52,276 bases of DNA from positions 1 through 52,276 of the forward strand of contig JAAILG010002643.1 in NCBI GenBank assembly GCA_012026655.1, read 5' to 3'. The stretch is from Hydrolagus affinis (taxonomy: Eukaryota). Shown here piece after piece: positions 38,141-49,826 of the stretch (the first letter of the stretch is position 1; each line of letters begins with the position of its first letter). The notes under the pieces are model-generated. The model did no database searches. It was not told the DNA's origin and was given only the letters and a program-made list of their open reading frames with translations. Position numbers and translations under genes: made by a program.

Positions 38141-38650
38141 CATATGTTGCTTTTGTGATTGAGAGGGACACGAGGAACCTTATGCTCATTTTGCCTGTAG
38201 CTGGCTTCTGTGATGGTGTCTCTATCTCTAATTCTTCCATCATCCCTGAGGGACATATCTCACCTCCCTTAGGACTCTCCACAATACCACTGCTGAGATT
38301 AGAAATCATACATGAAAACACATAGCTTGACACACAAATTATTGGAACCAGGGAGGCAAGATAGGTCTGCTTGACACTGAAGACAAAACCAGCAGTTTTT
38401 TCACACCCTCTTTAATAATAATCACTCTCTATAGTCCCAGTCATTTAGATGTGTTTAAGTGATCAACGTAAATTGCATCATTACATGTTACAGTGCTGTA
38501 GATGTGTTGCTTAAGTGATCAGGGTAATCTACATCCTATTGTGCAATAATGCTGTTAGCGTACTATTTTGCTGGTGAGTTCCCACTCAGAATCAGTAAAT
38601 ATAACTATCATTGGAAAAGGAACTAATTCATCCAATTTCACCTGCATTAG

Positions 38651-38735
38651 ATCTGCATTGTTCAAGGCAGAAAGCTGAAATCAAGTCTGCAGAGGAATTC
38701 AAGAATGCGGAGAAAAGAAACCGGGCTCCCCTCAG
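38651..38735 (+). CDS. nkd1: nkd1 coding exon (about exon 8), (D)LHCSRQKAEIKSAEEFKNAEKRNRAPL(R)
   Basis: cattag acceptor, gtaaga donor, 85 nt. Phases 1/2 fit both neighbours, and it resembles NKD1 DLQSARPRAETK...EKKQRAPLR. Confidence 0.92.
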
Positions 38736-39097
38736 GTAAGAAGCTGGTTTGCTCTATTAAATATGGAACCAGAAAGTATCCTGAGATGCTTAAACTGTCG
38801 CAGCAGGTATCAGGATTACATTATAACATTTCACACCTCTTTCGGATGATCTGAAGCAAAATTATTGCTTTACATAGAAACTCCATATAGCGTTGAGAAA
38901 GTGTTGAGATTTCTGTGGTGCACTTGGGGGATAATATGCTAAACTCAATAAACTGGGTCGACTCTAGACTTTGAATAACTTTGCTTTGATGGAAAGGGAT
39001 GAATGAACCATGATTATTATTGGGGAGGGAAAAAAACAGGAGTTTATGGAAAGAGATTGCTGCGAGGGGCACTTGCTAATTACATTCTCTTCCTCAG

Positions 39098-39228
39098 ACG
39101 CCATAACAGCGATCAGCACCCCCACCAGAGTAAGTGCCATCGTCATTGTGTGGATGAGAATACTGAAAGGAGAAACCACTACCTTGACTTGGCAGGGATA
39201 GAGAACTACACCTCCAAATTTGGACCAG
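39098..39228 (+). CDS. nkd1: nkd1 coding exon (about exon 9), RHNSDQHPHQSKCHRHCVDENTERRNHYLDLAGIENYTSKFGP
   Basis: ttctcttcctcag acceptor, gtactt donor, 131 nt. Contains the conserved vertebrate NKD motif HCVDENxERRNHYLDLAGIENYTSxFG. Confidence 0.97.
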
Positions 39229-40108
39229 GTACTTTAGGACCAACCAGATGGTCTTCCCCAGGGTTGTATATGTTCCTTTGAGGTTTACATTACAGCAGAT
39301 ACATTAAAGCAAAGATAACATTTCTCATGCAGATAATTTGTGGTATATGATGTTTCATACCTCGTCATATTCAACCATACGTTGAGACTGATCCTGTTAC
39401 TGCATAAAGTTAGCATTCCAGCTCCATATTTTCCTTTTCCTAATCTAGAAATGGCCATATTTTGTCACAAAATCCTCAAATAGAAATTTAAACGCAGTAG
39501 AATCATTCAACAAGTACGTTTTTCAATGATAAATACCACAATATTAGCTTATATGATACTTTCAAGCTATTTTTCAAATGCTCGAAAAACACCTTGACAT
39601 ACTGGAGACATGGTTTTAAAGAAAAATTAATCTAACTCAGCACCAACTGAGGGAATTTAATCAAGGAGCAACCTGGTCTGGTCTATATGCTTCAGCAGCA
39701 TATCTCATGGGAATGATGCTCTGTTTTTTGTAAATGTATGTGGTGTGTGCTTGTAACAGGGTCTAGATTGGTAGAATGGGTGTTTGTGCCAGCCACTCCT
39801 CAAGTAGTGAATTCCTGCATTCAACTTTGTGTAGGTGATACGCAGCATTAAGATATGCTGCCGTTTAGAGGTACTATGGGGGGAATAGTCGTTCCTGCTC
39901 ACTGTGACACAACAACCAACTATTCACAGCCCTCCGTGTGAATAGAAAATTAACTTTCCACCCTTTTGGTCAGGGAAAGGGTGTGTGATACGGGGGAACT
40001 ATGAAGGGCAAAATAATGGGATTTAATTTTAACACTCATTTATCACATAAGACCAACAATGTTAAAACATTTCCTTTTGATTGACTAATGCAAGTATTCA
40101 TCGCACAG

Positions 40109-40692
40109 GTTCACCTCCAGTGGCTTCGAGAAAGGAGAATCACACAAAGGTTCCTCACCAAGCCAGGTCCCGATCACATGAGCCTGAAGTCATGTACAAT
40201 CACCATAGGAGATCCCAAACCATGGATCCAGGCCACAGCCACCATCACGAGTCTCCAAACACTAAGGTGATTGAACTGCAACATAGACTGCGAAATCAGG
40301 ACTTGAACAAGCACTTAGTCAAATCTCCCAAAACCCTGAGCAAAAATATGATGGCCGCAGTCCCAGCTGGAAAGGTTGGAAAGAACAAGCCTTCACAAAG
40401 TCGTTACATGCCACTGACCTCGACTCCTGTGGTTGTAGGCCCAAATATTCCATACCATCCCATGCAACTCAGCCATCAGCAGAGCTATAAGAAACACAGG
40501 CAGAGGGCTAAGGACAACCATCATGTGTATAAAGCTTTTCATCCCCCTTCAAGAGTGGTAGAGCAGGAACATGTCAGGGATTTGCCATCTCTTTTGCTCT
40601 ATGAAGGCCATGTTGGTCGGATTGTTCAGAGACATGAACACCATCACCACCATGAGCATCATCATCACTACCACCACTTCTACCAGACATGA
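40109..40692 (+). CDS. nkd1: nkd1 terminal coding exon ending in the poly-His tail QRHEHHHHHEHHHHYHHFYQT*
   Basis: Branch-point-like tgactaat (about 40082-89), gcacag acceptor, stop TGA 40690-92. RSRSHEPE and the C-terminal HHFYQT are characteristic of NKD1. Lies in ORF 40081..40692. Confidence 0.97.
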
Positions 40693-41255
40693 GCAGAACA
40701 GGGTATGTATGTAACAAGAACTTAAGCTAATGGAACCATAGTACCCGATTTGAAGGAGAGCTTGACTGGATTCCATGGTCTTCGATCCATTGCAGTATTG
40801 TTATTCAAAGTTTAGAAATTCTGTACTTTGAGAGTCAAACATAAATGAGAAATGAAGTGAAACTAAAAGACTTTTGAACAGCTGGCTACCTCTAGTATTA
40901 ATTCAGATTTTGTTTTCTTTAACCTATGAAATGTGCTACAAAGGGGTTTTTACTGCTCTGCGTACTTGTAACCTTTTTGTGTTGTCCAGACTTATCATTT
41001 CCGTTTTTTGCGTTTGAATTGTCATCCGTGTTGTGAAATTCACACTAACCATGCTTTGCCAACTCTTTTTTTATATATAGGACGTACAGATAGTTCTTCC
41101 TTCTGGTGGTGAATCCTGTTTTGTTAAACAAAAGCATTAAACCTTTCTTTGGGAGCAGTGTTAGATGTACTGAAGGAAATAGGAGCTACTTGCTGCTCAA
41201 GTCTTGTACATCAATCCCATAGTTGTCCTTCAATAAATAATTTACAACTGAAGGC

Positions 41256-41280
41256 ATATATATAATATATATATATATAT
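41256..41280. repeat. Interrupted (AT)n microsatellite
   Basis: atatatataatatatatatatatat seen directly. Confidence 0.9.
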
Positions 41281-41620
41281 TGGTGCGTAACTTAATTTGG
41301 CAAGAACTGAAGTGTGCAGAATACACCCAAGACATTAGCATGCTCGAAAGGTTAAGGTTTTAACTTAAATATTTTGCATGGAGTGAATGGGCAAGTCAAA
41401 ACAAGGAATTCTGCTTGTAATTTCTAAAATGATATTGAAGTCTCCATGCTATTTAGAGCCATGTGTTGCAGACCAGAAGCCAACCTCTTGAAATATTATA
41501 CACAAAACCTTAGGTGTATCATGTGCATGTTTGACATGTGTGCCCAGTGAAATGTCTTCAATCTACTACAAGTGTTATTTGAGTCCAAGCCTGTGTAGCT
41601 CGTTGGCCTTGTCACTCCAT

Positions 41621-41634
41621 TGCCATCTACTGGC
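41621..41634 (-). promoter_or_regulatory. CTCF core motif
   Basis: Reverse complement GCCAGTAGATGGCA fits the consensus CCASYAGRKGGCR. Confidence 0.5.
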
Positions 41635-42552
41635 TTTATTGAACCCAATGTCGATTCACCATTGACCCTGTTTCAAGGGATTTTCTGTGACACAGAAGTC
41701 TGAATACCCTTATTATCTTTCAGAAAAGTTGGCAACTATATATTATATCTCAGGTGCATTTTCTTTTTAAAACTGTGGTTTTAATATTTTTGTTTTTGAG
41801 AAAGGAGTCTGTTCTGTGGAGTTGTGGCGTTTTCGTTACTGGTAGCACATAATGGAAGGCAGGACGTGACTTGAGAAATCCTACCTTAATCTTGAATTTT
41901 ACCGAAATAACATAGGATATCATTGGAGCTCCCCTATGATGGTAAGTTTAAAAACTTGCTTCACGAGTGACATCGATTATACAAACACAAGATGGCCTGA
42001 AACTGACTGGGGTTAGTGGGATATCCTATTCCTTACTCTATAGGCCAGAATCTTAATCTGTTTAGACTAATTCTACAACACTATTATTGCTGCTGTTGAC
42101 TGTCAAGTGTTAAGCCCCTTTCACACAGCAATATTGTGCTGCTGTAAAAACAGTGAATTTTGTTGTGCTACAAAGATCTGTAGTGGCAGTTTTCAAAGAC
42201 AGCATATCTGCTGGGGGAGTGAAAAATTCACCATGATTTTTAGGTCAGTCTCTACCTCGGTTAAAACTTATCAACGTTCTACTGACTTCACTGGTAGTTT
42301 TTGCAGTTTATTGTTGAAACCATTTTTACCAATATCACAAGGTGAAACTGGTACAGGACTTTTGTTCCTTGTATTGGTCGGTGCAATAAATCCAGAGATC
42401 CCTCGCTTTTCAAATCACATGGTACACTTTCGCTGCTTTTCTGATCGTGTGATTGGGTCATGGAGCCTGGTATCCGCTCTTGTCTACTATAATGTAAATT
42501 GGTGAAGAAATAAAATGCTAACGATGTGCGTATTATACAGAATAATGTACTG

Positions 42553-42589
<37 letters not shown>

Positions 42590-42596
42590 ATGTGTG
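42553..42596. repeat. Compound (TA)n(TG)n microsatellite in the 3'UTR
   Basis: tatatatatatatatata tgtgtgtgtgtgtgtgtg tatgtgtg seen directly. Confidence 0.95.
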
Positions 42597-44065
42597 CGTT
42601 AACCTGTGGATATTTCACCCCATTTTTTTCCAGAAGTAAATTGCTGCGTGAATGGGGCGTTGTGTAAAATAAACCATTTGATAGGTTTGAAAGGACTGTG
42701 CCATGGCAGCGATATCGTTACTTATGGCCCATAGAATGAAACATTTTTAAGAATGTACTTTTTCTTTGCAAATGCATCTTTTGAGCAAAAACCTTTAAAT
42801 ACACTTCAAAAGCCCTGCTTCAGATTTACCAATGACTTGTGGAGTGTACTCCTTTGTCTGCTGACTCAAGTTTTCCTCTGTTTAAGCGGTGACTTGCAAA
42901 CACTGTTTGTGTAGCGGACTTCAAAATATTACTTTGTATTTATAAAATATATCGGACTGAAAATGACATGAGCGTCTATAAAGGACATTGGCTTTTTATG
43001 TCCTAGTGTTTAACTATTACTAGCCCTGTGTTAACAAGCTAAATCTAATGCAATCCTGTAATCCAGCGTTAGTATATTGTACTCATATGTATACATTCCC
43101 ATCTTGTTTAATGTTTTCTGACAGCCATGTATAAAAACACATATTTAAATTTAAAGCTGTATTCAGTACATATTGTACCGTTCAGTTGTGAAACTACTTA
43201 TGTAACACAGTTCATAATGTTCCCTTCTGAAAGCAAATTGGTTTCTGTATCCCTTTAATTGAATATTTTTCCTTTCAGTATTTTGTATAGTATATATAGA
43301 TGGTTTGGATTAAATGCTTTATTTATTTAATAGTAAAACTGTGTCAACAGAAACCCCTTTTCATTAAAGGTAAACTAGTCAATTATATGAAAGAAACCCG
43401 TGTCACTGTGCATAATTATTTGTCAATGTTCAAAAAACGTTTAATAAGTTAATATGAACATGATTCTTTCTTCAGATGTACCAGAAGGGAGTGAAACGCA
43501 CTGTTGGAAACTGTGGTTGAAGCAAAAAAAATTGTGTATTTGACAGGAAATTTAATGCATACGTAAAGGTGAAGGGAATAGAGGGGGTTCGGAGTTTCAG
43601 GCCATCTTTTTCGGAGGGGTGGAGACTCACGTTTGAGTATAAATACGGTCAAACTGGTTGAGATTATAATGGCCTGTTTCTGTGTTGTACTATTGTGTGT
43701 AATTCTACGTAGTGGCTCTTGGCTCAAAAATGCTGTATAATTACTGTGCAAACAATGGTGGTAAATGAGAAGCCTGCTAATCAGAAACAATGCCTGATAA
43801 ACGGATCTGTAAGTACTGCAGTGTGCAGGACTGCCTCACTCACATTCATTGGATGTGAGGGAGTATTACTTTGTTACAGGGCATTAGGGACCAGTGATTT
43901 GTAATGTGTCTGCATGCCATTTTGGCAAAAAGTCTTACTTGGAGAATAAGAGAATTGCTTTTAGCCTCTTGAGACACTCTCTGTACGTTATGTTGCATGC
44001 ACAGCTTCATTTACATTATTCATGTTACGAAAAGTTTGAAAACAAATAATTGCTAATAATTAGAG

Positions 44066-44500
44066 AAGAAAGAAATGACTTGTGTTTTCGTAGCGTCGTA
44101 TCTCAACGATACATTTCAGACAGAAGTGTAGTATTTTGGTAGGCAACTACAAGAGGCATTGGCTTGAACCACATCCCACACACATCCTTGAGTTAATTGT
44201 CATGTGGCATTGTGAGGCTTATAAACACTGGCATGGAGTAGTTGGATTGCATGGTCTTTTTCTGTGCTGTAATGTTGTTTGCGATTTCTTGTCAATTAAA
44301 ACAATTATTCTGGAGGATTATTGAGCAGGACACCTGAAAAAAAAACTCCCTTCTCTTTACAAGTTATGTCATGAGATCTTTGAATTCCACATAGAAACAG
44401 ATAGGACCTTGGTTTGAAGCCAAATCAAAAAAGATATATCATGGGACACTGCAGATCCCTGATAATGGAATGTAAACCTGCACCTTGAGCTTAATATGAC
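44066..44500 (-). mobile_element. Degraded DeuSINE-like element with a (CTTT)-type tail
   Basis: gaaagaaatgacttg tail at the left. Core remnants gtcatgagatcttt..ccac..acagataggaccttggttt match the reverse complement of the other copies. Confidence 0.55.
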
Positions 44501-44674
44501 CTACATTAACGGACAGGCTGCACTTGATAATAAGAAAAAACTTTTTATCCTTCTGGTCAAGTTTCCTCCTCCCATATAAGTGTTTGAGCCTATCACATAC
44601 ACACAATTTCAGACTTAAAATGACTCTTTCTGACCTCTCACAAACACACACATTTTCATAGAGTGTTGGGAGGC

Positions 44675-44800
44675 AACAATTATGATGATCCTTGCATTTT
44701 TTCGAACAAAAATAATGATCCTTATATTTGATACAGTGCGTTGAGATGTCTCAAAGTAGTTCACAGAAAGTGGATTGACTGTATTTTGTGGGCAAAACAT
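44675..44800 (-). mobile_element. SINE 3' fragment with a duplicated tail
   Basis: atgatccttgcattt followed by aataatgatccttatatttgata, then gtctcaaagt..ttcacagaa..ggattgactgtattttgtggg. Confidence 0.7.
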
Positions 44801-46684
44801 ATCTATATTATACAATATGCTGGAGGGGGTGGGGGTTGCTCAGACCCTGTTTGTATTTGTCACACCACCAGATACAGTACAAACAGCTATAGGCGGAATC
44901 TCCTTCCTGGGATTCTTTGTACGGATAGCATTTTAACTATAAGCCTGTGTCCTTTGCATATTGAAAGTATGTTCTGGGTGCAAGTTTTGGGTGCAACTCC
45001 ACTGCACTCATTAGTCCAGTCCAGAAACCCTCTAGGATTACTTGCACCTTAGGACTCCTCCAGTTTGAGAAATAAATCGAGGCTTATTTATTTGTTACCT
45101 TTTCCACATTATCACTAGTCCACTCAGGCAGTGAAGAACTAAGGATATGCAAGAATAGGACAATACAAGCATCAGGCAACTATTATCAGGAAGTTAATAA
45201 TAGAATATAAAGTTAATAATAGAATGTACATTTTTGTTTAAATTCAACTACATGTAACCTGAATGAAACTGATTCCTCATTTTTTAAAACTAAACTGGCT
45301 TTCTTTAATATATGCAAATCTATATCAACTAATTGGTTCATTCTGCCCTATTGGATATAATAAACTTCCATTGTATAAGAACAAAGTCCAAAGGAGGTAA
45401 GTATGAAGTACGGTGGCAGTAATTGTAAACATATTACACCATGTAATATTCTCTGTGTGGATACGTTTTTGCATTAAACCCTGTAAATAATCAGCCCACG
45501 TAAATGTTTTTTTTAATGGATCCCTAAAGACCATTGTGCCAGTTCTAAAATGGAGGGCTAAATTTAAGTCCCAGTTTGCACATTATCTGGATTCTGTTAA
45601 AATTAATAGCTATGCTGAGAATTATTCATTCTGCAGGGATGTTGCCTTCACCAACACACCAATAAATATAAAGGGGAATTAACAGCGATTGAAAGACTCA
45701 AGAAGCATGGATCCATTTCTCCGTTAATTCTGTGGCTGATAGTAATAATAAGATATCATGTTTATTGCAAAGTACATTAGGGATCGAATATACTGGGATT
45801 TTTAATGGTATTCCTCAATCTGGGAATTCCAGTGATGATTCCTTCCAGAACCGGAAATATGTTCTGCAAGTCGAGCTGACTGCTAAAGTTTCTGATTAAC
45901 TAAGTTTTGACACTAGTGCAAACTATTAATATATATGACATTTAAAAAAAAAATGTCATGGTGTCTCACTTATTTCCTGAAACTACAGGCATATTAACAT
46001 CTGATAGGCATTATGTACATTACATGGCTTGAGAGAGAGTGTGAGAAAGCAAGGAGGGAAGGAAGGAGTAAACATTAAAGTCAGGTCAGAGGGAAATCTT
46101 GGGGGAATTTAATCGGTTTGGATGAACTGACCTCAAACAATCATTTGCCAATTTTCTTTGAACAAATTGTTTCTTTTTTTAATCTATTTCTCCAAATCAT
46201 AAGGACAGAGAATTGAATTTTTCTATTTAACATAACATTTATTCCACAAATACCAACAATCTCACTAGGTACTTTTATCATCTTAACAGCATTCCTAGCG
46301 CAGACAAAGATTTAGTATTTCGACAAGAAAAACTATTTGTTCCCATTTCACGTAATCAAACATTTCTGTCTAAATGTTAGACACAAGGCATATTAATACA
46401 TAGAATAACTATCTTAATATGTTTACTATAGTTCATAGAATATTTAGTGAACTCATGGTAGCTCTTTGTCACAACAGATATCAAATAATAACATGGAAGC
46501 CTCTTAGTGAGCCTCTGCTGTAGCATTGCCTCCAGTAAATTCTGTTTCTCTATTCCAATCTTATTTTCCTCCCAGACATTTCTCACTTTGTGCCACTTTA
46601 TGTGCATTGGGATGACCTTGCTCTTTGATTTACAGTACTCGTGTTGCGGTTGCACTCCTTGCAAGAAAGAACGACATTGAAAAG

Positions 46685-46870
46685 GCTAGTCTGACTTGGT
46701 GGGAGTACCCTTGCCTCGGAGTCGGGAGGACGTGGGTTCAAGCACCACATTGGTTGTATTTATATCTGCAGCATTGTGATCAGACCACTAATATGCAACT
46801 TCTGTAACATGTGAGTGCTCTGAGATGCTATTCTGAATGAATTGACACTAAATAAATGCAAATTGTTGTC
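46685..46870 (+). mobile_element. Short tRNA-derived SINE
   Basis: CTTGCCTCGGAGTCGGGAGGACGTGGGTTCAAGC (B box), short body, GTGAGTGCTCTGAGATG..AAATAAATGCAAATTGTTG tail. Confidence 0.6.
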
Positions 46871-48293
46871 ATATTTGTCATGATTGTCTCATTTAATTTC
46901 TGTTCTGACACTCTGGGAATCAGTTGACTCCAGTGACCAAAGATTAACTGGTGGAGAGAAATGGCCGTTATTACTGTAATGCCTTTATTCAGTTATTTCT
47001 TATCAGGTTTTATTACAATATATTTATATTTTGCTAGTGTTTTCTATTCTTTGCTGATATTACTTAACAAATGAACACAATGCAAAGAGTTGTTCTTTCC
47101 ACATTACATGAGTCATTCTACAGCGTATAGATAAGAAATGAAGCTGTCATAAATGTACAATCAAAGACCGAGAACATGGGTTCCTTAGAAGTCATTCATG
47201 TCAAACTAGTTTATTTTATTGTTAAATTCAGCCTTTACCAGCCTTTACTGATAATACATCTGTATGTCAGTCCTGCTTAGTTGCCCATGTCTAAAAGGTG
47301 GACATGAATAGAATTGAATTTATTTCTGTTGGCAGAAGTCCAAAATGGAATAGCCTCTGGTGTACAGAGTGGAAGTTCTGTGGTTGGTTTTCTAAGTCCT
47401 AATTAAGTCTCATTATTGAAATTGGATTTATAACTCGCTTGCTGTATTAGTTACAGGTTCATTGCAAAATCTAGGCAGGCATACAAAATGAATGTTCATT
47501 TTCTATTATGTAACTGTTCATGAAAAGTACAAAATAATGGGTTTTCTTATGTAATGCGAAGACGCCTGAGAAATTTCCCCCTTTTTAATTGTATTTTTCT
47601 CCACTCCAATCTTCTCTAACTTCCAAGCACCAGCTGAGCTGTAATGAGTTGCTGATGTTCACCTGTATATAAAAACAATTGTCAAGATATCAAACATGTA
47701 TCTCAGCTTAAATCAATCAGCTCATCAGATAGCATGTCTAAAGTGATCATGGACACTGCAAGACTTCAGCATTGCATTGTCTGCTTCCGCAGTTCCACAA
47801 TCGTCTTTCTGTTGATTCTCTTCTATGAAAGTCTCAACCATATTCCAACCATCTCAATTTTGGCAATCTATTCCATTCACTCCAAGAGCACTAAAGTCTG
47901 AGTGGATTCCATGGTCTATCAAAATCTCTTCCACTCAAACCATTATCTTATGTCACACTGCCCTAATTTTTTCTTTGATGGGCATACAACTTCGCAAGTA
48001 CATAACCACATCAGTTATATCCAAAGAACTATTTTGTAATTGTTCAGGCTCTGCTGAAATATGAGTCAAGTCATTAGAAAAAGAAGGTACTGTTTGCAGG
48101 TGGTGAACATAGGTGTGGTTTTCAACATAATATCCATGCACCAGGAATAACTTCGAGAGATTTGTCGAATTGAAAGGTGCCATACTTACTGACACGACCC
48201 CACTGTGGAATTTAAATGAATTTGACAGCATCTGATAGACAGTAAACATTACATTTGCATTAACTTTCTGTTCAAAAACATTTTTTGAAAATC

Positions 48294-48327
48294 ATTACAG
48301 TCTTATCTATTACAGTCTTATCTATTA
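48294..48327. repeat. 15 bp tandem duplication
   Basis: ATTACAGTCTTATCT x2 followed by ATTA. Confidence 0.9.
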
Positions 48328-48873
48328 AAAAGCAAATATTTCTGGTGAAAAACATTGTAATCCAACATGTTAACTGAAAAATCTTAGCTCTGAAGTTCTA
48401 TTCATTTAATATATTTTCCACAGATTACTTGTGACTAGTTATGAGCAGCAATTTCATTCATATGTCCATTACTGTATGTTCTGATTTGATAATTCTTAAT
48501 AGATTATAGCACAAAAGCTTTTGTTGTACAGTATTATGATATCACTTTGCCTTACAGCAGAGAAGCCCCATGGAAACGACCCCTATTAATAGTTTGAGGC
48601 CTGGAGAGAGCACATTCAGTTTGGTTTGAGATGACCTGAACTGAATGCAATTCCCCAGGGTTTAAGCCTTATACCAAGCGCAGCCCCCAACTCAGCTCAC
48701 ACACTGCCAGCTATTGAATTACCTGCCTGATTGAAAACCAGAGTTTTGATTTTAAGCTGAAATCAGCAGGGGAGTCATATCAGCCATTTATAACAGCCCT
48801 GATGCAAATCAGCTGCTCTGGAATTCCATACAATTTGAAGGTCAGGGTTAGTTTGGACTATGATCAGAACCTC

Positions 48874-48945
48874 AGCGCCTTGGGACATCCTCCCAACGTG
48901 AAAGGCGCTCTTCAAATGTAATTTTGTTGTTTTATTGCTGTTGTT
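48874..48945 (+). mobile_element. Isolated L2-type 3' tail with (GTT)n end
   Basis: GCGCCTTGGGACATCCTCCCAACGTGAAAGGCGCTCTTCAAATGTAATTTTGTTG. Confidence 0.8.
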
Positions 48946-49019
48946 CTACAACTTATACTTTATAAGTAGAATGAATAAGTGGGAAAGACTGCTGTTTTTC
49001 CTATTGAATGTTTAGAGGT

Positions 49020-49423
49020 AGCAGCATTGCTAAGTTGACAGCACTTCTGAAACAAAAGGTTGTGGGTTCGAGCCTCACATTGAGGCTTTGAGCTCATAGT
49101 CTAAACTAACTATCCAGTGCAGTGCTGGGGGAGCGCAGCATTAGCAGAGGTGCCATCCTTCAGATGAGACATTAAACAGGGGTTTGCCTGCTCAGTTCGA
49201 TATTAAACAACCCATAGCACTATTCGAAGAGAGAAGGCAATTTCTCCTCGTGCCCTGGTCAACAATACCCTAGATGAAAAATGGTCATTTACAGCATTGA
49301 TGTGTGTAGGACATTGCTATGTGCAAATTGGCAGCTGTGTTTGTCCATAAACACATGGTTGTTATACCTTCAGAAGGACTTTGAGACAATTCAGCATGAT
49401 AAAGCAAAATAAGGATTATTATT
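49020..49423 (+). mobile_element. DeuSINE/SacSINE1-like SINE, near full length
   Basis: AAGGTTGTGGGTTCGAGCC (B box), CCAGTGCAGTGCTGGGGGAGCG, GATGAGACATTAAAC, CCCATAGCACTATTCGAAGA, GTGCAAATTGGCAGC, AAGGATTATTATT tail. Confidence 0.85.
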
Positions 49424-49826
49424 AGATTTACAGCTACCATATTGGGGTTGGAAAATGCAATAATAGCAAACTGGAAGTTAAAATTTACACTTAGCTTCTG
49501 GACTATGGATATTACATTTTGATCCCATTATTAATGCATATTAATACTCCAGAGTTTAAATTGTAAATGAGTAAAATATAAAATTATAAAATACAGTGGC
49601 ACTATCGGAGAGTGTCTGTGGCATTGCAAATATTTGTGGATATTCTGATGAATAAATTGGCATCAGTAACAGCTCTCTATAATCTTTAGGTTTGGGTTCC
49701 CTGTATTTGATTCACACTGTGAAATTGACAGCATTGAATTTCCAGAACACTATTCTTAAGATGCAAACAAATCTGATTCTATTTTCAAGATTAAAATAGC
49801 CTTTCAGATATCCAAAAAGATGGGTA

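Larger units (their letters stand above)
40693..43390 (+). other. nkd1: Putative nkd1 3'UTR (end uncertain)
   Basis: U/AU-rich stretch after the stop with no recognisable interspersed repeat. Candidate polyA signals are AATAAA at 41232, 42385, 42509 and 42668 and ATTAAA at 43363, with ATTTATTTA near 43321. SINEs resume at about 44070. Confidence 0.55.

Noticed and set aside
19047-40692. Assignment as nkd2 or nkd3
   Set aside because: DITSLLHTIYEVVDSSVNHSP, KKQLKFEE and the terminal HHFYQT are NKD1-type.
42107-42505. 132 aa ORF in the 3'UTR, and the 127 aa ORF at 22945..23328
   Set aside because: Non-ATG starts, no recognisable domain, and composition typical of chance ORFs in T-rich DNA.
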